Positions 1 through 7,351 of a DNA stretch of 17,155 bases are shown piece after piece. The DNA comes from Promethearchaeota archaeon (GTDB taxonomy: Archaea; Asgardarchaeota; Thorarchaeia; Thorarchaeales; Thorarchaeaceae), in contig JALVPN010000055.1 in assembly GCA_027031765.1 (NCBI GenBank), forward strand, positions 1 through 17,155, given 5' to 3'. The notes under the pieces are model-generated. The model was not told the origin of the DNA. It was given only the letters and a program-made list of their open reading frames with translations, and did not search any database. Position numbers and translations under genes: made by a program. How positions within the stretch are numbered: the stretch's first letter is position 1; each line of letters begins with the position of its first letter.

Positions 1-1
1 C

Positions 2-670
2 ATAGGTTGCTACTCTCTAGGGGTGTTCTATGGACGGGCGATGACCACAATGCAGGCCATGGGCTCTGGTATCGGTACGGCCTGCGGTCTTGGTCAGCTG
101 CACAGGCTCGGCAAGAGAGTCCATGTTGTAGCAGTGGCCGGCGACTCCACGTTCTTCCACGCCTGTATCCCGGCGCTGGTCAATGCGAGGCACCACAATG
201 CAGACATCACGTTCCTAGTACTTGACAACAAGACCACTGCGATGACGGGTTTCCAGCCACACCCGGGTGTCCATGAGGCCGGCAACAGGACTGTCGTGAG
301 CATTGAGGCCCTTGCCCGTGCGGTCGGCCCCGACCTTCTCAGGAGAGTCGATGGCCGCTACATCCCCCGTCTTGTGGGGGAGATCCACTCCGCAGTCATG
401 GCGAGGGGACTGAAGGTGCTCGTCGTGGACAGCATGTGCCGACTGTATGAGGCACGGCAGGGTGCAAGTGCTTCAGACCTCCCGCCAATACGGGTGGACC
501 CTGCGCGCTGTCGCGGTGCGGTGTGCATGGTCTGTGTCCGTGACTTCAACTGCCCTGCTCTGGGCTGGGACAGCACGGCTGGCACAGCGTATGTCCAGGA
601 TGACGCGTGCGTCCGGTGCCGGGCATGCATCGATGTATGTCCACACAACGCAATAGGGATGGTGGAATGA
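2..670 (+). CDS. iorA: Indolepyruvate:ferredoxin oxidoreductase alpha subunit, C-terminal part (5'-truncated by the window edge)
   Basis: The frame is open from nt 2 (IGCYSLG, matching the IorA GDIGCYxLG motif). It has the TPP-binding motif GDSTFFH...LDNKTTAMTGFQPHP, a C-terminal ferredoxin domain (C-x4-C-x2-C-x5-CP and CVRCRACIDVCP), and is followed directly by an iorB-like gene. Confidence 0.92.
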   Translation: MGCYSLGVFYGRAMTTMQAMGSGIGTACGLGQLHRLGKRVHVVAVAGDSTFFHACIPALVNARHHNADITFLVLDNKTTAMTGFQPHPGVHEAGNRTVVSIEALARAVGPDLLRRVDGRYIPRLVGEIHSAVMARGLKVLVVDSMCRLYEARQGASASDLPPIRVDPARCRGAVCMVCVRDFNCPALGWDSTAGTAYVQDDACVRCRACIDVCPHNAIGMVE

Positions 671-671
671 G

Positions 672-1274
672 GTGCGTCCCGTGTTCGACATTATCGTTGC
701 AGGGGTGGGGGGACAGGGGAGCCTTGTATGCGGCCGCGTCCTTGCGCGGGCCGCCCTGCTTGAGGGCCTGCGGCCAGTGACCGGTGATACATTTGGTGCC
801 TCCAGACGTGGTGGCAGTGTACTCACACATGTCCGCCTTGGTCATGGTAGTGACCCACCCCCGCTCGTCCCGCGGGGACACCTCGACCTTCTCTTGGGCC
901 TTGAGCCCCTCGAAGCACTCCGTGCCGCCCAGTGTTATGCCGGGTCTGACACGGTCGCCCTTGTCAGCACCCTCCCGGTGCACACGACTGAAACCCTCTC
1001 TGGTACTCGACCCTATCCCCCTATCGACAGCCTCCTTGAGTCCCTGCGTTCGCTGTGCAGTGCAGTCAGTGCAGTTGACCCGTCTGACGTACTTCGGGCC
1101 ACCGGCTCTGGACATGTCGTCAATGTCTACATGTTGGGTGCGATGTGCGGCGCTCTGGACCTGCCAGTTTCCACAGGGGCCGTACGGACAGCAGTCAACC
1201 TTGTCGTAGGAATGGGTCCCGCCAACCGTCTTGCATTTGAGCGTGGGATGGAGGCCACAGGTGGGGGCCACTAG
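672..1274 (+). CDS. iorB: Indolepyruvate:ferredoxin oxidoreductase beta subunit (POR gamma-like family)
   Basis: N-terminal IIVAGVGGQG, then RRGGSVLTHVRLG, DLLLGLEPLEALR and VNVYMLGA. GTG start 1 nt after the iorA stop. Confidence 0.9.
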   Translation: MRPVFDIIVAGVGGQGSLVCGRVLARAALLEGLRPVTGDTFGASRRGGSVLTHVRLGHGSDPPPLVPRGHLDLLLGLEPLEALRAAQCYAGSDTVALVSTLPVHTTETLSGTRPYPPIDSLLESLRSLCSAVSAVDPSDVLRATGSGHVVNVYMLGAMCGALDLPVSTGAVRTAVNLVVGMGPANRLAFERGMEATGGGH

Positions 1275-3691
1275 AGGTTGCCCTGTCTTGCCTCCCGGTA
1301 CATGAGTTCAGAGAGCACCGTGAACATGTCCGCGACTCCTTCGCCGGTCTTTGCGCTGCTCTCCATATAGAGGAACCCGTTTGCTTCGGCCCATGCCTTT
1401 GCTTCGTCCGAACTCACGGTCCTGTCAGGCAGGTCAATCTTGTTTCCCACCACCAACATGGGTACCCGGGAACCAATCGACTCGTCGGCCTCAGCCACCC
1501 ACTTCTCAAGTTCAGTGAATGACCTGCGCCGGGTAACATCGAACACGAGTATCACGCCCGCGGTACCGGAATAGTACATCCTGCGGACCGCCTCGAACCT
1601 GGGCTGTCCGGCAACGTCCCAGACCTGCAGCTTGACGCCGACAGCATACTCCGAGTCCGGTGGCGAGATGTGCGTGAGCTTCACTGCAAACTGACTGCCG
1701 ACTGTCAGCTTGTAGTCGCGTTCGAAGACGCCGGTAACGTATCGGTTCACCAGTGTCGTCTTGCCGACCGCACCCTCTCCCAACACCATGCACTTGAACA
1801 GATACGTGTACGCCTCGGGCGAGACCCCCGGCCTCAGCGGCTTTGGTGGCCGGCTCCTGATCTCGGTGACGAGTGCACTTTCCACTGCCTGGACTTGTGG
1901 TGCAGCTGCGGTTGGCTGTGCCCCCTCCACCACCTGACCGAAGGCAGCCGCCACATCTGTCCCCGCCGCCGTCGTGGTGTCAGGTCCTTCTACTGCCACC
2001 GCAGGCGGTGGTGTGTCTGTTGCCACGGTCTCGCCGAAGAGCCGCTCAAGCAGTTCCTCGGCCTCCTTTACTACTGATAGGGGTTCGTGTGCACCTGACC
2101 CGTCAGTAGCACTGGAGCTCTCAGTTGTTGCGGTCGTCACAGTCGCCTCGGGGACGGTGGCCTCTGTTCCTCCGGTTGTTGCGGTGGCCTCTGCTGGTCC
2201 GGGAACGCTGGCGTCTGTTGTCGCTGTGCTCTCAGTGCTGCGTGGCTTGATTGGTGCGAACAGTGGTGCGGATGTGAGGTCGATTGCTGGCGACTCGTCG
2301 AAGAACGTGACCGGTGCCTCCCGGGCCGGTGCTGCTATGGCCTGTCCCTGATGGACGAGGACGGCTGTTTCGGGGGTCGTGACCTGTCTTAGGTTACCGT
2401 TCTCCTCCTTCCACATCAGCATGATGGGTCGGACCACAACCGTCCCCTCTTGGAGTGGTGTGAGCCGGACTTCTACCGACTTCTGCTCATAGGGCCCCAG
2501 GTCGAAGCTCAACTGCTCTGGGGTGACTGTCATGTGTTCCTTCGGGAACCAGTATATCTTGCCGGTGATACCGTTGATATGCCCGTCGGTCACATTTGCC
2601 ACAGTTATTCTCCCGACGAGGTCGGTGCCCATCTGCGCCTGTTGGCTGACCTCGAACTTGGGTATGACCTCGTAGAGCCCCTCTATGACTTTCAGCGGCC
2701 CGTTCGAAACACCGACGAGCACCTCTTTCCTGTCGTCACCACCGGCGTCGCCGACGCTGATGGAGAGTATCTTGGTACCCACATCGACGACCGCCAGTTC
2801 TTGGAGTTCGCCCATGAACACATTGTAGAAGCGTATCTTGTGGTCTGACGTTGCCACCACTATCTCGTCCATATGGTCCGCGTTGATCTCGGCCATGCGG
2901 ATTGACAGCGCATTGACGCCCTCAAGTCTGGTGAACAGGTCGAGCCTGCTCTCCTCGTTCCGGTATATCCTTATGGAGCCGTCATGTGTGACAACACCCA
3001 GCTCCATCTTCCTGTCACCAAGAGTGTCGCCGGCAGCCACCGAGATGATGGGGCTCTGTAACTCTATGATGTCCACCTGTTCAAGTGAGTGGCCCTTGAC
3101 CTTGAACACACGGAGAGTGTTGTCACGGTTGCCTGTAACAATCTCGTCTATCTCGTCGCCTATGACGTCGCACGTGCCGATTGCGATAGGCATGTCCTCC
3201 ATCTGGTAGCGGATCATCTCGACGAGGCTGTTGTCTGCCCCCATCCTGAGTATACGCAGCGTCGAGTCACTGCCTCCCACCACTATCTCGTTCTTCCCGT
3301 CACCTGTGACATCGGTCACAACAACGGTCGTGACGAACCTGTCCACGGGGCACTCCGCCAACAGTTCGAGGTGTCCACTGTCGGCATACCTGTAGACCTG
3401 CACAGTGCCTGCCTCCCCGGGGCGCTCGACCGTGCCCAGACTGCGTCCGAGGACAATCTCCGTGTCCCCATCATTGTTCGCATCGCCAATCTTGAGTGAG
3501 AGGATGCTACCATCCATGGTCAGCTGGGCCAGCATGCGCACCTCGGGGCCGTTGGCATCGTACACTCTGAGCATACCATCACGGCCTCCCGTACAGAGCT
3601 CGCTAAGCCCGTTCCTCGTTACGTCTCCAACAGCGATGGCACTTGTACTGAGGTCGTCTGAGACCTCGAACAGAATCCTCGGCGAGTGCAA
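1271..3691 (-). CDS. Multidomain protein: FG-GAP-like 7-repeat beta-propeller (aa ~1-338), Ig-like beta-sandwich (aa ~341-447), low-complexity linker (aa ~448-627), Rab-like small GTPase (aa ~628-806)
   Basis: Seven repeats of the form hhhGD-x3-DG-x2-E-hhhG-x2-D-x2-hRhY. GTPase motifs G1 GEGAVGKT, G2 Thr (LTVG), G3 WDVAGQ, G4 NKID and G5 SAK. TTG start with SD-like GGAAGGT 8 nt upstream and an in-frame TAA two codons upstream, which fixes the start. Confidence 0.93.
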   Translation of the reverse strand: MHSPRILFEVSDDLSTSAIAVGDVTRNGLSELCTGGRDGMLRVYDANGPEVRMLAQLTMDGSILSLKIGDANNDGDTEIVLGRSLGTVERPGEAGTVQVYRYADSGHLELLAECPVDRFVTTVVVTDVTGDGKNEIVVGGSDSTLRILRMGADNSLVEMIRYQMEDMPIAIGTCDVIGDEIDEIVTGNRDNTLRVFKVKGHSLEQVDIIELQSPIISVAAGDTLGDRKMELGVVTHDGSIRIYRNEESRLDLFTRLEGVNALSIRMAEINADHMDEIVVATSDHKIRFYNVFMGELQELAVVDVGTKILSISVGDAGGDDRKEVLVGVSNGPLKVIEGLYEVIPKFEVSQQAQMGTDLVGRITVANVTDGHINGITGKIYWFPKEHMTVTPEQLSFDLGPYEQKSVEVRLTPLQEGTVVVRPIMLMWKEENGNLRQVTTPETAVLVHQGQAIAAPAREAPVTFFDESPAIDLTSAPLFAPIKPRSTESTATTDASVPGPAEATATTGGTEATVPEATVTTATTESSSATDGSGAHEPLSVVKEAEELLERLFGETVATDTPPPAVAVEGPDTTTAAGTDVAAAFGQVVEGAQPTAAAPQVQAVESALVTEIRSRPPKPLRPGVSPEAYTYLFKCMVLGEGAVGKTTLVNRYVTGVFERDYKLTVGSQFAVKLTHISPPDSEYAVGVKLQVWDVAGQPRFEAVRRMYYSGTAGVILVFDVTRRRSFTELEKWVAEADESIGSRVPMLVVGNKIDLPDRTVSSDEAKAWAEANGFLYMESSAKTGEGVADMFTVLSELMYREARQGNL

Positions 3692-4001
3692 CGCTTACTA
3701 CCTTCCGGGTGCCTTGACTGGACATCCACGGCGCCGGCGGTCCTCTTGGGCCCATGGAGTGTGTTGTCCAGAATGTCGAGCACAGGGAGTCCTTTTTTAC
3801 TTTATGCGAGCCGGTACCGGGGACTCCCCAAGCGGGGTCAGTACGGTCTGTGTCCGTAGTGGGGCCCGGTGTTCCACGACCGGTGCCCGTGTTGTCTTCT
3901 AGGAGGTCATTGCTGCATTCATGTCCGACCCGCCCACAGGCGCTCAATCTGCGGGTCAGCTGGTTGCATGAGGGTGGACGGGACGGGGATGCACCCTACA
4001 C

Positions 4002-4008
4002 TATTTAA
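4002..4008 (+). promoter_or_regulatory. Putative archaeal TATA box for the ABC ATPase gene
   Basis: TATTTAA in a GC-rich background, ~35 nt upstream of the GTG at 4044, with SD-like GGTGGT at 4032-4037. Confidence 0.55.
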
Positions 4009-4043
4009 CTGGCACAGTCCAGTCCCGGCATGGTGGTCAGAGC

Positions 4044-4823
4044 GTGGCAAAGCTCTCGGTACACAACATCGTCAAGTCGTATCCGGGTGAGGGTACTACC
4101 ACGGTCCGCGTCCTGGACGGTGTCAGCCTGGAGATTGAAGAGGGCGAGTTCGTGTCGCTTGTGGGCCCCTCCGGCGCCGGGAAGACCACACTGCTGAAGA
4201 TAATCGCTGGCCTCCTGCCGCCAGACTCCGGTGAGGTGCTGATTGACGGGGAAGTGGTGGGCCTAGGGCACAGCAGGGTGGGCTACATCTTTCAGCAGGA
4301 GTCCCTGTTCCCGTGGCTCACGGTGCGTGGCAACATCGCCTTCGGCCTTGAGATACGCGGGGTGCCACGTGACGGGGTTCAACGGCGGACAGACGAGATG
4401 ATTGCTCTCATCGGGATGCGTGGTCTCGAAGACCACTACCCCCACGAGATTTCTGGGGGACAGGCACGGAAGACCGAGATGGCGCGTAGCCTGGTCACCC
4501 GACCCGACATCCTGGTGGCGGATGAGGCCCTCTCCAACCTCGATGCCCAGACGCGCAACTACCTGCAGGACGAGATACTGCGCATCTGGAAGGACACGGG
4601 GGCCACAGTACTGTTTGTCACACACAATGTGGATGAGGCCGTCTACACTTCTGACCGTATCATGGTGCTGAGCAACATCCCGGCGCGTATAATTGCAGAG
4701 TTCGGGGTGGACATCCCACGGCCCAGGACGCGCACCTCTCCAGAGTGTCTGGAGTACCGGAGCAAGATCCTCGACATCTTGAGGGTCGAGCAGGAGAAGG
4801 CCATGCAGAGGATTGGGGCCTGA
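4044..4823 (+). CDS. ABC transporter ATP-binding protein, NitT/TauT (SsuB/TauB-like) family
   Basis: Walker A GPSGAGKTT, Q-loop IFQQESLFPWLTV, signature ISGGQ, Walker B ILVADE, H-loop VTHNVDEA, and the family-typical C-terminal DIPRPR. Confidence 0.93.
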   Translation: MAKLSVHNIVKSYPGEGTTTVRVLDGVSLEIEEGEFVSLVGPSGAGKTTLLKIIAGLLPPDSGEVLIDGEVVGLGHSRVGYIFQQESLFPWLTVRGNIAFGLEIRGVPRDGVQRRTDEMIALIGMRGLEDHYPHEISGGQARKTEMARSLVTRPDILVADEALSNLDAQTRNYLQDEILRIWKDTGATVLFVTHNVDEAVYTSDRIMVLSNIPARIIAEFGVDIPRPRTRTSPECLEYRSKILDILRVEQEKAMQRIGA

Positions 4824-4850
4824 CCGCCCTCGTCACATGTCCCACACTGC

Positions 4851-5690
4851 TCACACTGCGACCTCCTGCCGCCACCTCAGCAGCCGCTTCTCGCACCTTG
4901 TGAAGACTGCATTCATGAAGAAGCCAATCAGGCCAATGACGAGCATGCCCGAGATCACGCCGCCTGTCCGTCCCGCCTGTTGCATTATCAGGACAAGGTA
5001 TCCTAGGCCGAGGCCGCTGCCCACCATCTCCGCCGCGACCAGACACATCCACCCAATCCCGAAGCCGACACGCAGGCCTGCAAAGATCTCTGGTGCAGCC
5101 GATGGGATGACCACCCGCCTGAGGATCTGGAGCTCATTCGCACCGAAGGTCTTTGCCACGTCTATGTGCACAGGCTCGGTACGTCTGACACCGGCTGTCG
5201 TGTTGATGAGCAGCGGGAAGAATGCCCCGACCCATATGATGAACACCTGTGAATAGAGCAGTACGGGGCTGAACATGAGGATTGCAAGTGGAATCCATGC
5301 TATGGGGGGTATGGGGCGCATCGCTTCGACGACTGGCGTCGCAATAGAGTCTAGCACTCGATAGCGGCCCACTGCAATCCCAAGAGGGACTGCTGTCACT
5401 ATCGCCACTGTGAAGCCCAGCACCACACGGTACATGCTCAGCAACGTGTGTTCAATGAGGGTGTGCCCCTCGCTGTCACCCACAACTACGAGCCTGATGA
5501 AAGAGTCTGCAACGTCGACCAGGGTCAGGTCACCATCACTCGACACATAGACTATGACCGTCCACAGGACGAGCAGGAGGGCAAGGGCTGTCAGCCCCTT
5601 GAACACTGAGGGCCAGGGTATATGGCGTTGTGCCTGCCAGTCCTCATCCGTCTTGGCCACTGTCCTCTGTCCTTCAGTTCCGTCACTCAT
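4851..5690 (-). CDS. ABC transporter permease, NitT/TauT (SsuC/TauC-like) family
   Basis: Multiple TM segments; motifs HTLLSMYRV, RPIPPIAWIPL, an EAA-like loop (AKTFGANELQILRRVVIPSAAPEIFAGLR) and VAAEM..GLG. ATG at 5690 is preferred because the extension to 5825 reads as non-coding. Confidence 0.92.
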   Translation of the reverse strand: MSDGTEGQRTVAKTDEDWQAQRHIPWPSVFKGLTALALLLVLWTVIVYVSSDGDLTLVDVADSFIRLVVVGDSEGHTLIEHTLLSMYRVVLGFTVAIVTAVPLGIAVGRYRVLDSIATPVVEAMRPIPPIAWIPLAILMFSPVLLYSQVFIIWVGAFFPLLINTTAGVRRTEPVHIDVAKTFGANELQILRRVVIPSAAPEIFAGLRVGFGIGWMCLVAAEMVGSGLGLGYLVLIMQQAGRTGGVISGMLVIGLIGFFMNAVFTRCEKRLLRWRQEVAV

Positions 5691-5838
5691 GTCCGTCCGC
5701 TGCTGCACATGTCCTGCTTTTCTTTCTGTCGCTGCATGCGGGGGCGGATGTGGTCCGGGGTGTGTGGTCGTCCGAGGACGGGGCCTGTATTCGGCGGCCA
5801 GCCGGGCGGGGGTGCGGGAGGACACCCCCGGGGGCCGA

Positions 5839-6864
5839 CTAGCTGTCGCCGGTCACAAAAGAGGTGTTGATGAAGCCGTCGAGGAACGAGTCGACCTCGT
5901 CAGCAGTAAGACTGACCTGTCCCTCATGTATAAGGAAGCGCAGGTACACCTTGAGGGCCGTGCGGTTGAGGTTGTAGTCAAAGATGATCCGGTTGAACGC
6001 GGTGGTCACGGGAGTGGGGTCCATTTCGAGCCAGTCCACCGCGATCTGTGTGGCCTTTGTGGGGTTGTCGACAATCCACTGCTCAGCACGCTTGTGTACC
6101 TCTATGACCTTCCTGACGATGTCCGGGTGTTCGCTGAGGAACGTGTTGCTGGCAGCAACGACACAGCAGGGGTGCCGTGGCCAGATCTCCCCGGAGAGCA
6201 TGAGTGGCACCGCCTTTCCGTCGTACTCGGCTCTGGCACAGAACGGCTCCCATGCAATGAACGCTGGCGCGTCAGCAGTGAGCGAGTCCTCCATGTAGCT
6301 GACGGATGTGGTCTGGGGGGTGATGTCGTCCATGCTCATCCCTGACTGGTTGAGTGCGAGCCTCAGGAGGAATGCCTGTACTGTAGGTGGCCCCGGATAG
6401 TACACGACCTTCCCTGCAAGGTCTGCGATGCTCGTCACGTGTCCGCTGTCATACTCGGTCTTCGAGACCATGATTGCGGAGCCCTCTAGGTTCACCGCAG
6501 CGAGCAGGGTCACCATCGTGTTCTGGTTGATACGTTTGATGAGTGCTGGTGCAGCCCCCAAGTATCCCATGTCTATCTGTCCAGCCTTGAAGCCGTCCAT
6601 CTCGTAGCCACCGTTCTGGTACTGCGTCATCTGGACCTGCAGTCCTTCCTCTTCGAACCAGCCCTTTTCCACTGCGACCCGGAGGGCAAGCTGGTGGAGG
6701 TCCTGCGAGAGGTAGCCTATCCGCACGACCTGGGGCTGTCCGGTTGTCGTGGTCGTGGTCGAGTTGGTCGGGTTCAACCAGCCGCTGTACCAGACCGTCA
6801 TCAGTGCCGCAGACGCAACGATGGCGACCACAATGACCGCTATGGCCGCGTTCTTCGACTCCAT
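5839..6864 (-). CDS. ABC transporter substrate-binding protein, NitT/TauT (SsuA/NrtA/NMT1-like), with N-terminal membrane anchor
   Basis: N-terminal hydrophobic helix, Thr-rich linker, VRIGYL...A.EKGWFEEEGL, G.IDMGYLGAAP, AFIAWEPF and W..HPCCVV. SD-like GTGAGGA upstream of the ATG. Confidence 0.92.
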   Translation of the reverse strand: MESKNAAIAVIVVAIVASAALMTVWYSGWLNPTNSTTTTTTGQPQVVRIGYLSQDLHQLALRVAVEKGWFEEEGLQVQMTQYQNGGYEMDGFKAGQIDMGYLGAAPALIKRINQNTMVTLLAAVNLEGSAIMVSKTEYDSGHVTSIADLAGKVVYYPGPPTVQAFLLRLALNQSGMSMDDITPQTTSVSYMEDSLTADAPAFIAWEPFCARAEYDGKAVPLMLSGEIWPRHPCCVVAASNTFLSEHPDIVRKVIEVHKRAEQWIVDNPTKATQIAVDWLEMDPTPVTTAFNRIIFDYNLNRTALKVYLRFLIHEGQVSLTADEVDSFLDGFINTSFVTGDS

Positions 6865-6976
6865 TTGCTAGTCCTCACAGGTCGGTCGTCGTTCACGTCT
6901 TTAGATATTTGCGATAGGGCCGCAGACCATACGCATCAGTCAAGTTGATTAGCCACGGAGTCGCTCAACCGCAGAC

Positions 6977-7351
6977 ATGACCCTCCGTGACAGGATTCCT
7001 GAACAGCTACGAATTGGTGACGCGTTGATCTCCATTGTCATGGAAGAGGAGGTCTCCGTCTTTCCCACCAGCGACTACATCCTTGTTGAGGGCTCGCCGA
7101 AGGTCGGCAAGATCAATGTGCCGAAGATTGCATCCACACTACGAAACCTCGTAAAGAATGACCGGAGGATGGTCGCCCTCCGTGGGTACGGGTTCCGGGG
7201 GATTGGTCTTGCTGTACGCATTGCTCACGAGCTCAAGAAGCGCGAGAGCCGCTTCGTCTATCAGATGACCTTCGACACGTTCGATGCGTTGGAGCCGGAG
7301 GAGGACAAAGTGTTGACGAGCATCCAGATTGTCGTGATGCCACCCGAGTGA
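6977..7351 (+). CDS. Alba-fold nucleic-acid-binding protein (divergent), with N-terminal extension
   Basis: The inferred beta-alpha-beta-alpha-beta-beta pattern (YILV / VPKIASTLRNLV / MVALRGYG / GIGLAVRIAHELKK / VYQMTFDT / TSIQIVVM) parallels the Alba pattern IVIKARGRAISKAV...VSTIEI. Confidence 0.65.
   Translation: MTLRDRIPEQLRIGDALISIVMEEEVSVFPTSDYILVEGSPKVGKINVPKIASTLRNLVKNDRRMVALRGYGFRGIGLAVRIAHELKKRESRFVYQMTFDTFDALEPEEDKVLTSIQIVVMPPE

Noticed and set aside
2450-3499. Plus-strand ORFs (2450-2848, 2838-3209, 3089-3499) opposite the propeller region
   Set aside because: Antisense shadows of a GC3-biased gene, with no motifs or start signals.
3901-3971. SD AGGAGGT followed by a 16-codon ORF (ATG 3921, MSDPPTGAQSAGQLVA)
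   Set aside because: The 13-nt SD spacing is too long and there are no coding features; noted only as part of the intergenic finding.
5554-6345. 263-aa plus-strand ORF opposite the permease and binding protein
   Set aside because: Antisense shadow of well-supported genes; no recognisable domain.
6865-6976. Possible TPP riboswitch upstream of the NMT1/THI5-like binding protein
   Set aside because: No CUGAGA or other TPP core motifs on the minus strand, and the spacer is short.
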